Positions 28,301 through 38,900 of a DNA stretch of 64,000 nucleotides are shown here, piece after piece. The stretch is from assembly GCA_032718475.1 (NCBI GenBank), contig JAUCBJ010003088.1, positions 8,473 to 72,472 on the forward strand, given 5' to 3'. The notes under the pieces are model-generated. The model searched no databases, had not been told where the DNA came from, and saw nothing but the letters and a program-made list of their open reading frames with translations. This stretch comes from Nemertoderma westbladi (Eukaryota > Animalia > Xenacoelomorpha). The position numbers and the translations under genes are program-made. Position 1 is the first letter of the stretch. The number at the start of each line of letters is the position of its first letter.

Positions 28301-31300
28301 ACTCCTATATGGAGTCCATCAATCAGAAGTTAGAACCAGTACTCCTATATGGAGTCCATCAATCAGAAGTTAGAACCAGTACTCCTATATGGAGTCCATC
28401 ATACAGCAGTTAGAACCAGTACTCCTATATGGAGTCCATCAATCAGAATCAGAAGTTAGAACCAGTACTCCTCAATCAGCAGTTAGAACCAGTACTCCTT
28501 TATGGAGTCCATCAATCAGAAGTTAGAACCAGTACTCCTATATGGAGTCCATCAATCAGAAGTTAGAACCAGTACTCCTATATGGAGTCCATCAATCAGA
28601 AGTTAGAACCAGTACTCCTATATGGAGTCCATCATACAGCAGTTAGAACCAGTACTCCTATATGGAGTCCATCAATCAGAATCAGAAGTTAGAACCAGTA
28701 CTCCTATATGGAGTCCATCATACAGCAGTTAGAACAAGTACTCCTATATGGAGTCCATCATACAGCAGTTAGAACCAGTACTCCTATATGGAGTCCATCA
28801 TACAGCAGTTAGAACCAGTACTCCTATATGGAGTCCCATCATACAGCAGTTAGAACCAGTACTCCTATATGGAGCATCAATCAGCAGATAGAACCAGGAA
28901 CCAGTACTCCTATATGGATTCCATCATACAGCAGTTAGAACCAGTACTCCTATATGGAGTCCATCAATCAGAAGTTAGAACCAGTACTCCTATATGGATT
29001 CCATCAATCAGCAGTTAGAACCAGTACTCCTATATGGAGTCCATCATACAGCAGTTAGAACCAGTACTCCTATATGGAGTCCATCATACAGCAGTTAGAA
29101 CCAGTACTCCTATATGGAGTCCATCATACAGCAGTTAGACCCAGTACTCCTATATGGAGTCCATCAATCATAAGTTAGAACCAGTACTCCTATATGGAGT
29201 CCATCATACAGCAGTTAGAACCAGTACTCCTATATGGAGTCCATCATACAGCAGTTAGAACCAGTACTCCTATATGGAGTCAATCATACAGCAGTTAGAC
29301 CCAGTACTCCTATATGGAGTCCATCAATCATAAGTTAGAACCAGTACTCCTATATGGAGTCCATCATACAGCTGTTAGAACCAGTACTCCTATATGGAGT
29401 CCATCATACAGCAGTTAGAACCAGTACTCCTATATGGAGTCCATCATACAGCAGTTAGAACCAGTACTCCTATATGGAGTCCATCATACAGAAGTTAGAA
29501 CTAGTACTCCTATATGGAGTCCATCATACAGCAGTTAGAACCAGTACTCCTATATGGAGTCTATCATACAGCAGTTAGAACCAGTACTCCTATATGGAGT
29601 CCATCAATCATAAGTTAGAACCAGTACTCCTATATGGAGTCCATCATACAGCAGTTAGAACCAGTAATCCTATATGGAGTCCATCATACAGCTGTTAGAA
29701 CCAGTACTCCTATATGGAGTCCATCATACAGCTGTTAGAACCAGTACTCCTATATGGAGTCCATCATACAGCAGTTAGAACCAGTACTCCTATATGGAGC
29801 ATCAATCAGCAGATAGAACCAGGAACCAGTATTCCTATATGGATTCCATCATACAGCAGTTAGAATCAGTACTCCTATATGGAGTCCATCATACAACTCC
29901 TATATGGAGTCCATCATACAGCAGTTAGAATCAGTACTCCTATATGGAGTCCATCATACAGCAGTTAGAACCAGTACTCCTATATGGAGTCCACCATGCA
30001 GCAGTTAGAACCAGTACTCCTATATGGAGTCCATCATACAGCAGTTAGAACCAGTACTCCTATATGGAGTCCATCATACAGAAGTTAGAACTAGTACTCC
30101 TATATGGAGTCCATCATACAGCAGTTAGAACCAGTACTCCTATATGGAGTCTATCATACAGCAGTTAGAACCAGTACTCCTATATGGAGTCCATCAATCA
30201 TAAGTTAGAACCAGTACTCCTATATGGAGTCCATCATACAGCAGTTAGAACCAGTACTCCTATATGGAGTCCATCATACAGCTGTTAGAACCAGTACTCC
30301 TATATGGAGTCCATCATACAGCTGTTAGAACCAGTACTCCTATATGGAGTCCATCATACAGCAGTTAGAACCAGTACTCCTATATGGAGCATCAATCAGC
30401 AGATAGAACCAGGAACCAGTATTCCTATATGGATTCCATCATACAGCAGTTAGAATCAGTACTCCTATATGGAGTCCATCATACAACTCCTATATGGAGT
30501 CCATCATACAGCAGTTAGAATCAGTACTCCTATATGGAGTCCATCATACAGCAGTTAGAACCAGTACTCCTATATGGAGTCCACCATGCAGCAGTTAGAA
30601 CCAGTACTCCTATATGGAGTCCATCATACAGCAGTTAGAACCAGTACTCCTATATGGAGTCCATCATACAGCAGTTAGAATCAGTACTCCTATATGGAGT
30701 TCATCAATCAGCAGTTAGAACCAGTACTCCTATATGGAGTCTATCAATCAGAAGTTAGAACCAGTACTCCTTTATGGAGTCCATCATACAGTAATTAGAA
30801 CCAGTACTCCTCAATCAGCAGTTAGAACCAGTACTCCTTTATGGAGTCCATCAATCAGAAGTTAGAACCAGTACTCCTATATGGAGTCCATCATACAGCA
30901 GTTAGAACCAGTACTCCTATATGGAGTCCATCATACAGCAGTTAGAATCAGTACTCCTATATGGAGTTCATCAATCAGCAGTTAGAACCAGTACTCCTAT
31001 ATGGAGTCTATCAATCAGAAGTTAGAACCAGTACTCCTTTATGGAGTCCATCATACAGTAATTAGAACCAGTACTCCTCAATCAGCAGTTAGAACCAGTA
31101 CTCCTTTATGGAGTCCATCAATCAGAAGTTAGAACCAGTACTCCTATATGGAGTCCATCAATCAGAAGTTAGAACCAGTACTCCTATATGGAGTCCATCA
31201 ATCAGAAGTTAGAACCAGTACTCCTATATGGAGTCCATCATACAGCAGTTAGAACCAGTACTCCTATATGGAGTCCATCAATCAGAATCAGAAGTTAGAA

Positions 31301-33989
31301 CCAGTACTCCTCAATCAGCAGTTAGAACCAGTACTCCTTTATGGAGTCCATCAATCAGAAGTTAGAACCAGTACTCCTATATGGAGTCCATCAATCAGAA
31401 GTTAGAACCAGTACTCCTATATGGAGTCCATCAATCAGAAGTTAGAACCAGTACTCCTATATGGAGTCCATCATACAGCAGTTAGAACCAGTACTCCTAT
31501 ATGGAGTCCATCAATCAGAATCAGAAGTTAGAACCAGTACTCCTATATGGAGTCCATCATACAGCAGTTAGAACAAGTACTCCTATATGGAGTCCATCAT
31601 ACAGCAGTTAGAACCAGTACTCCTATATGGAGTCCATCATACAGCAGTTAGAACCAGTACTCCTATATGGAGTCCCATCATACAGCAGTTAGAACCAGTA
31701 CTCCTATATGGAGCATCAATCAGCAGATAGAACCAGGAACCAGTACTCCTATATGGATTCCATCATACAGCAGTTAGAACCAGTACTCCTATATGGAGTC
31801 CATCAATCAGAAGTTAGAACCAGTACTCCTATATGGATTCCATCAATCAGCAGTTAGAACCAGTACTCCTATATGGAGTCCATCATACAGCAGTTAGAAC
31901 CAGTACTCCTATATGGAGTCCATCATACAGCAGTTAGAACCAGTACTCCTATATGGAGTCCATCATACAGCAGTTAGACCCAGTACTCCTATATGGAGTC
32001 CATCAATCATAAGTTAGAACCAGTACTCCTATATGGAGTCCATCATACAGCAGTTAGAACCAGTACTCCTATATGGAGTCCATCATACAGCAGTTAGAAC
32101 CAGTACTCCTATATGGAGTCAATCATACAGCAGTTAGACCCAGTACTCCTATATGGAGTCCATCAATCATAAGTTAGAACCAGTACTCCTATATGGAGTC
32201 CATCATACAGCTGTTAGAACCAGTACTCCTATATGGAGTCCATCATACAGCAGTTAGAACCAGTACTCCTATATGGAGTCCATCATACAGCAGTTAGAAC
32301 CAGTACTCCTATATGGAGTCCATCATACAGAAGTTAGAACTAGTACTCCTATATGGAGTCCATCATACAGCAGTTAGAACCAGTACTCCTATATGGAGTC
32401 TATCATACAGCAGTTAGAACCAGTACTCCTATATGGAGTCCATCAATCATAAGTTAGAACCAGTACTCCTATATGGAGTCCATCATACAGCAGTTAGAAC
32501 CAGTACTCCTATATGGAGTCCATCATACAGCTGTTAGAACCAGTACTCCTATATGGAGTCCATCATACAGCTGTTAGAACCAGTACTCCTATATGGAGTC
32601 CATCATACAGCAGTTAGAACCAGTACTCCTATATGGAGCATCAATCAGCAGATAGAACCAGGAACCAGTATTCCTATATGGATTCCATCATACAGCAGTT
32701 AGAATCAGTACTCCTATATGGAGTCCATCATACAACTCCTATATGGAGTCCATCATACAGCAGTTAGAATCAGTACTCCTATATGGAGTCCATCATACAG
32801 CAGTTAGAACCAGTACTCCTATATGGAGTCCACCATGCAGCAGTTAGAACCAGTACTCCTATATGGAGTCCATCATACAGCAGTTAGAACCAGTACTCCT
32901 ATATGGAGTCCATCATACAGCAGTTAGAATCAGTACTCCTATATGGAGTTCATCAATCAGCAGTTAGAACCAGTACTCCTATATGGAGTCTATCAATCAG
33001 AAGTTAGAACCAGTACTCCTTTATGGAGTCCATCATACAGTAATTAGAACCAGTACTCCTCAATCAGCAGTTAGAACCAGTACTCCTTTATGGAGTCCAT
33101 CAATCAGAAGTTAGAACCAGTACTCCTATATGGAGTCCATCATACAGCAGTTAGAACCAGTACTCCTATATGGAGTCCATCATACAGCAGTTAGAATCAG
33201 TACTCCTATATGGAGTTCATCAATCAGCAGTTAGAACCAGTACTCCTATATGGAGTCTATCAATCAGAAGTTAGAACCAGTACTCCTTTATGGAGTCCAT
33301 CATACAGTAATTAGAACCAGTACTCCTCAATCAGCAGTTAGAACCAGTACTCCTTTATGGAGTCCATCAATCAGAAGTTAGAACCAGTACTCCTATATGG
33401 AGTCCATCAATCAGAAGTTAGAACCAGTACTCCTATATGGAGTCCATCAATCAGAAGTTAGAACCAGTACTCCTATATGGAGTCCATCATACAGCAGTTA
33501 GAACCAGTACTCCTATATGGAGTCCATCAATCAGAATCAGAAGTTAGAACCAGTACTCCTATATGGAGTCCATCATACAGCAGTTAGAACAAGTACTCCT
33601 ATATGGAGTCCATCATACAGCAGTTAGAACCAGTACTCCTATATGGAATCCATCATACAGCAGTTAGAACCAGTACTCCTATATGGAGTCCCATCATACA
33701 GCAGTTAGAACCAGTACTCCTATATGGAGCATCAATCAGCAGATAGAACCAGGAACCAGTACTCCTATATGGATTCCATCATACAGCAGTTAGAACCAGT
33801 ACTCCTATATGGAGTCCATCAATCAGAAGTTAGAACCAGTACTCCTATATGGATTCCATCAATCAGCAGTTAGAACCAGTACTCCTATATGGAGTCCATC
33901 ATACAGCAGTTAGAACCAGTACTCCTATATGGAGTCCATCATACAGCAGTTAGAACCAGTACTCCTATATGGAGTCCATCATACAGCAG
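1301..33989 (+). repeat. 40-bp satellite DNA array, left arm, with higher-order structure
   Basis: Continuous head-to-tail copies of GTTAGAACCAGTACTCCTATATGGAGTCCATCATACAGCA, all in one orientation. Recurring variants include CAATCAGAAG, CAATCATAAG, CAGCTG, CAGTAATT and GATAGAACCAGGAACC, plus truncated monomers. Confidence 0.99.
33911..33989 (+). repeat. Probable left target-site duplication (about 79 bp) of the retrotransposon
   Basis: Identical to 35829-35907. Removing the element plus one copy restores the 3-monomer spacing between the GGATTCCATCAATC and TTAGACCC variants seen at other copies of this block. Confidence 0.65.
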
Positions 33990-34087
33990 AATCAGATGGG
34001 CGGAAAAGCCAACCAACCACCAAGGTTAAGGCTGAATCACCAGCCGATCGCCTTAATGGTTGGAAAGCCCACTTTGAAAAGCTCCTT

Positions 34088-34239
34088 AATAATGGCAGGG
34101 TATTGCCTGATAACTTTATAGAAGTAAAAGTGTCTGAGTCTGTACTCCCAGATATTCCCATTGAATAATGGCAGGGTATTGCCTGATAACTTTATAGAAG
34201 TAAAAGTGTCTGAGTCTGTACTCCCAGATATTCCCATTG
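34088..34239 (+). repeat. Perfect 76-bp tandem duplication inside the retrotransposon
   Basis: 34088-34163 (AATAATGGCAGG...ATTCCCATTG) is repeated exactly at 34164-34239; the peptide NNGRVLPDNFIEVKVSESVLPDIPI appears in two frames. Confidence 0.97.
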
Positions 34240-35361
34240 GCGATATCTCCTTTGCAGAAGTGAAGGCTGCTGCAAAGAGCATTAAGACCAATCGTGCCAG
34301 TGGAGTAGATGGTGTTCCCCCTGAGGTCTTTAAAATACCTGAGTGTTTAAAGCTCATCTATCCCATCATAGTAGACATGTACCGTACAACAAGAGTCCCA
34401 CAAGAAATGAAAACAAATAAGTTGGTGCCAGTTCCCAAGAAGGGCAACCTAACACTCTATGGTTCTTTTCGGGGAATCTCATTGATCTCGATTGCTGCAA
34501 AACTATAAAATAGAATTCTATTAAATCGCATCAGGGATCCCATTGAGAGACTGCTACGTGGAAATCAGAATGGGTTCCGTAAAGGTCGTGGGACCATGGA
34601 GCCCATTTTGGCACTTAGAAGGATAATTGAAGAGTTATCAAAAAAGAAAGACAGGCATCTGGCTGTTATCTTTGTTGACTTCTTCAAGGCCTTTGATTCA
34701 GTCTCTCGCTCACGTATGTTCAGCATACTTTCATTATATGGGATTCCTGATGAAATTATTGCAGCAATCAGATCAGTATACGATGGTTCGACAACATTTG
34801 TGTCTACTGTTGACGGTGACACAGAACCATTTGAAGTGTTATGGGGCGTCCTCCAAGGAGACACACTTGCACCATTCTTCTTCATTATTGTGGTTGACTA
34901 TGTTCTACGCATGTCCTTAGATCATCATAATGATGATGGGGTGATGATAACTCCACCTACTGGCTCCAGAAGTCGAGGAAATCCTGCCAAGTACCTAACT
35001 GATCTAGACTTTGCTGATGACTTAGGAGTACTCTCAGAATCATTAGAGGGAGCCCAGCGGCTCCTCAGCTCATTAGAACATGCTGCTTCTAGTGTTGGTC
35101 TTTTTATTAACTCCAGAAAGACCAAAATTCTGACAGTTAACTTTGAAAGTCCTCAGCAAGTCTCTGATCGGATGAGCATAAGCTCAAAGGATGGTATGCT
35201 TGAGCATGTGGATGACTTCTGTTACCTGGGATCATGGATCCGGAAGTCAGGTGAGGACCTTCGAATACGTAAGGGAAAGGCATGGGCAGCCTTGAATAGG
35301 CTTTCCAGGATTTGGAAGTCACCTAGAATTAATCGGAAACTTAAAGTCCGATTATTTAGAG

Positions 35362-35397
35362 CAGCAGTAGTTCCAGTACTCCTCTATGGGAGTCCAT
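35362..35397 (+). other. Segment of the RT ORF homologous to the flanking satellite monomer
   Basis: CAGCAGT-AGTTCCAGTACTCCTCTATGGGAGTCCAT versus satellite CAGCAGTTAGAACCAGTACTCCTATATGG-AGTCCAT: 32 of 37 columns identical, 3 mismatches, 2 single-nt gaps. Confidence 0.9.
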
Positions 35398-35789
35398 GCT
35401 GGGCTCTAACTGCTGAGGACACCAAATCTCTGGATGGCACATTCACAAGAATGCTACGCCGGGTACATTGTGTCAAGTACAATGCACACATCTCCAACCA
35501 GACACTATATAACATTGGAGGTGTCTCATTGGTTCCCCCAAGCTTGACACTAGAACAAAATCGCCTCCGCTTTGCAGGACATTGCTTTCGCCGTGAGGAC
35601 CAGCCAGTGCATAATCTTGTACTTTGGCAGCCTCATGGAGTGAATAAGCATGGTGGACAGCCCATGACTTTCTTGAGACGCATCTTAAAGGACACTGGCC
35701 TTAAAGATGCGGATGATCTAGCAAATGTCATGGGTGATAGGGAGTTGTGGCGGTGCAATTTTGTTGACAAGCCGGCACAGCATTCTTAA

Positions 35790-35831
35790 AAATGCAGCTG
35801 CAATGCAGCATGCCGATCCTAGTAGTAGTAG
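35790..35831 (+). other. Short 3' UTR and (TAG)n tail of the retrotransposon
   Basis: After the TAA stop: AATGCAGCTGCAATGCAGCATGCCGATCC, then TAGTAGTAGTAG (35820-35831). The last TAG is shared with the target TAGAACC. Confidence 0.85.
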
Positions 35832-35907
35832 AACCAGTACTCCTATATGGAGTCCATCATACAGCAGTTAGAACCAGTACTCCTATATGGAGTCCATCAT
35901 ACAGCAG
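35829..35907 (+). repeat. Probable right target-site duplication (about 79 bp)
   Basis: Identical to 33911-33989 and followed by the diagnostic TTAGACCC variant. Confidence 0.65.
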
Positions 35908-38900
35908 TTAGACCCAGTACTCCTATATGGAGTCCATCAATCATAAGTTAGAACCAGTACTCCTATATGGAGTCCATCATACAGCAGTTAGAACCAGTAC
36001 TCCTATATGGAGTCCATCATACAGCAGTTAGAACCAGTACTCCTATATGGAGTCCATCATACAGCAGTTAGAACCAGTACTCCTATATGGAGTCCATCAA
36101 TCATAAGTTAGAACCAGTACTCCTATATGGAGTCTATCATACAGCAGTTAGAACCAGTACTTCTATATGGAGTCCCATCATACAGCAGTTAGAACCAGTA
36201 CTCCTATATGGAGCATCAATCAGCAGATAGAACCAGGAACCAGTACTCCTATATGGATTCCATCATACAGCAGTTAGAACCAGTACTCCTATATGGAGTC
36301 CATCAATCAGAAGTTAGAACCAGTACTCCTATATGGATTCCATCAATCAGCAGTTAGAACCAGTACTCCTATATGGAGTCCATCATACAGCAGTTAGAAC
36401 CAGTACTCCTATATGGAGTCCATCATACAGCAGTTAGAACCAGTACTCCTATATGGAGTCAATCATACAGCAGTTAGACCCAGTACTCCTATATGGAGTC
36501 CATCAATCATAAGTTAGAACCAGTACTCCTATATGGAGTCCATCATACAGCAGTTAGAACCAGTACTCCTATATGGAGTCCATCATACAGCAGTTAGAAC
36601 CAGTACTCCTATATGGAGTCCATCATACAGCAGTTAGAACCAGTACTCCTATATGGAGTCCATCATACAGCAGTTAGAATCAGTACTCCTATATGGAGTC
36701 CATCATACAGCAGTTAGAACCAGTACTCCTATATGGAGTCCATCATACAGCAGTTAGAACCAGTACTCCTATATGGAGTCCATCATACAGCAGTTAGAAC
36801 CAGTACTCTTATATGGAGTCAATCATACAGCCTATATGGAGTCCATCAATCAGAAGTTAGAACCAGTACTCCTATATGGAGTCCATCAATCAGAATCAGA
36901 AGTTAGAACCAGTACTCCTATATGGAGTCCATCATACAGCAGTTAGAACCAGTACTCCTATATGGAGTCCATCAATCATAAGTTAGAACCAGTACTCCTA
37001 TATGGAGTCCATCATACAGCAGTTAGAACCAGTACTCCTATATGGAGTCCATCATACAGAAGTTAGAACCAGTACTCCTATATGGAGTCCATCATACAAA
37101 AGTTAGAACCAGTACTCCTATATGGAGTCCATCAATCAGAAGTTAGAACCAGTACTCCTATATGGAGTCCATCAATCAGAAGTTAGAACCAGTACTCCTA
37201 TATGGAGTCCATCATACAGCAGTTAGAATCAGTACTCCTATATGAAGTCCATCATACAAAAGTTAGAACCAGTACTCCTATATGGAGACCATCATACAGC
37301 AGTTAGAACCAGTACTCCTATATGGAGTCCATCAATCAGAAGTTAGAACCAGTACTCCTTTATGGAGTCCTTCAATCATAAGTTAGAACCAGTACTCCTA
37401 TATGGAGTCCATCATACAGCAGTTAGAACCAGTACTCCTTCCTATATGGATTCCATCATACAGCAGTTAGAACCAGTACTCCTATATGGAGTCCATCAAT
37501 CAGAAGTTAGAACCAGTACTCCTTTATGGAGTCCTTCAATCAGAAGTTAGAACCAGTACTCCTATATGGATTCCATCAATCAGAAGTTAGAACCAGTACT
37601 CCTATATGGAGTCCATCAATCAGAAGTTAGAACTAGTACTCCTTTATGGAGTCCATCAATCAGAAGTTAGAACCAGTACTCCTATATGGAGTCCATCATA
37701 CAGCAGTTAGAATCAGTACTCCTATATGGAGTCCATCATACAAAAGTTAGAACCATACAGCAGTTAGAACCAGTACTCCTATATGGAGTCCATCATACAG
37801 CAGTTAGAACCAGTACTCCTATATGGAGCATCAATCAGCAGATAGAACCAGGAACCAGTACTCCCATATGGATTCCATCATACAGCAGTTAGAACCAGTA
37901 CTCCTATATGGAGTCCATCATACAGCAGTTAGAACCAGTACTCCTATATGGAGTCCATCATACAGCAGTTAGAACCAGTACTCCTATATGGAGTCCATCA
38001 ATCAGAAGTTAGAACCAGTACTCCTATATGGAGTCCATCAATCAGAAGTTAGAACCAGTACTCCTATATGGAGTCCATCATACAGCAGTTAGAATCAGTA
38101 CTCCTATATGGAGTCCATCATACAAAAGTTAGAACCAGTACTCCTATATGGAGTCCATCATACAGCAGTTAGAACTCCTATATGGAGTCCATCATACAGC
38201 AGTTAGAATCAGTACTCCTATATGGAGTCCATCATACAGCAGTTAGAACCAGTACTCCTATATGGAGTCCATCATGCAGCAGTTAGAACCAGTACTCCTA
38301 TATGGAGTTCATCAATCAGCAGTTAGAACCAGTACTCCTATATGGAGCATCAATCAGAAGTTAGAACCAGTACTCCTATATGGAGTCCATCAATCAGAAG
38401 TTAGAACCAGTACTCCTATATGGAGTCCATCAATCAGAAGTTAGAACCAGTACTCCTATATGGAGTCCATCATACAGCAGTTAGAATCAGTACTCCTATA
38501 TGGAGTCCATCATACAAAAGTTAGAACCAGTACTCCTATATGGAGTCCATCATACAGCAGTTAGAACTCCTATATGGAGTCCATCATACAGCAGTTAGAA
38601 TCAGTACTCCTATATGGAGTCCATCATACAGCAGTTAGAACCAGTACTCCTATATGGAGTCCATCAATCAGAAGTTAGAACCAGTACTCCTTTATGGAGT
38701 CCTTCAATCATAAGTTAGAACCAGTACTCCTATATGGAGTCCATCATACAGCAGTTAGAACCAGTACTCCTTCCTATATGGATTCCATCATACAGCAGTT
38801 AGAACCAGTACTCCTATATGGAGTCCATCAATCAGAAGTTAGAACCAGTACTCCTTTATGGAGTCCTTCAATCAGAAGTTAGAACCAGTACTCCTATATG

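Larger units (their letters stand above)
33992..35789 (+). pseudogene. Disrupted reverse transcriptase ORF of the RTE-like element
   Basis: ORF pieces 33929-34168, 34161-34508 and 34596-35789 join into one protein: RASGVDGVPPE, VPVPKKG, FRGISL, KL*NRILLNRI, QNGFRKGRGT, FVDFFKAFDSV, GVLQGDTLAPFFF, catalytic FADD, YLGS. Lesions are a 76-bp duplication (frameshift) and an in-frame TAA at 34506-34508. Confidence 0.93.
33990..35828 (+). mobile_element. 5'-truncated non-LTR retrotransposon (LINE), RTE-like
   Basis: Unique 1.84-kb insert splitting a monomer at CAGCAG|...|TAGAACC. It has non-LTR RT motifs, an RTE-type C-terminus (PVLLYGSPCW, RLRFAGHCFR, DRELWR) with no evident CCHC knuckle, a 3' UTR of about 30 bp and a (TAG)n tail. 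No endonuclease domain is present, consistent with 5' truncation. Confidence 0.92.

Noticed and set aside
33929-34168. Satellite-RT fusion protein ORF
   Set aside because: A chance in-frame join of a satellite ATG with the truncated element; it ends after 79 aa because of the 76-bp duplication.
33979-35322. Minus-strand and alternative-frame ORFs within the element (33979-34161, 34037-34357, 34565-34885, 34627-34920, 34925-35125, 35137-35322)
   Set aside because: Shadow ORFs of the RT frame with no recognisable motifs.
34596-35789. Intact stand-alone 397-aa RT gene (retron, DGR, group II intron or telomerase)
   Set aside because: RT homology continues upstream through an in-frame stop, so this Met is internal. 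The motifs and the tandem-repeat tail are those of a non-LTR element.
33989-35829. Insertion with no TSD and a 1-bp target deletion
   Set aside because: Formally possible, but it needs both a deletion and two extra monomers relative to other copies of the block. A single 79-bp duplication explains both.
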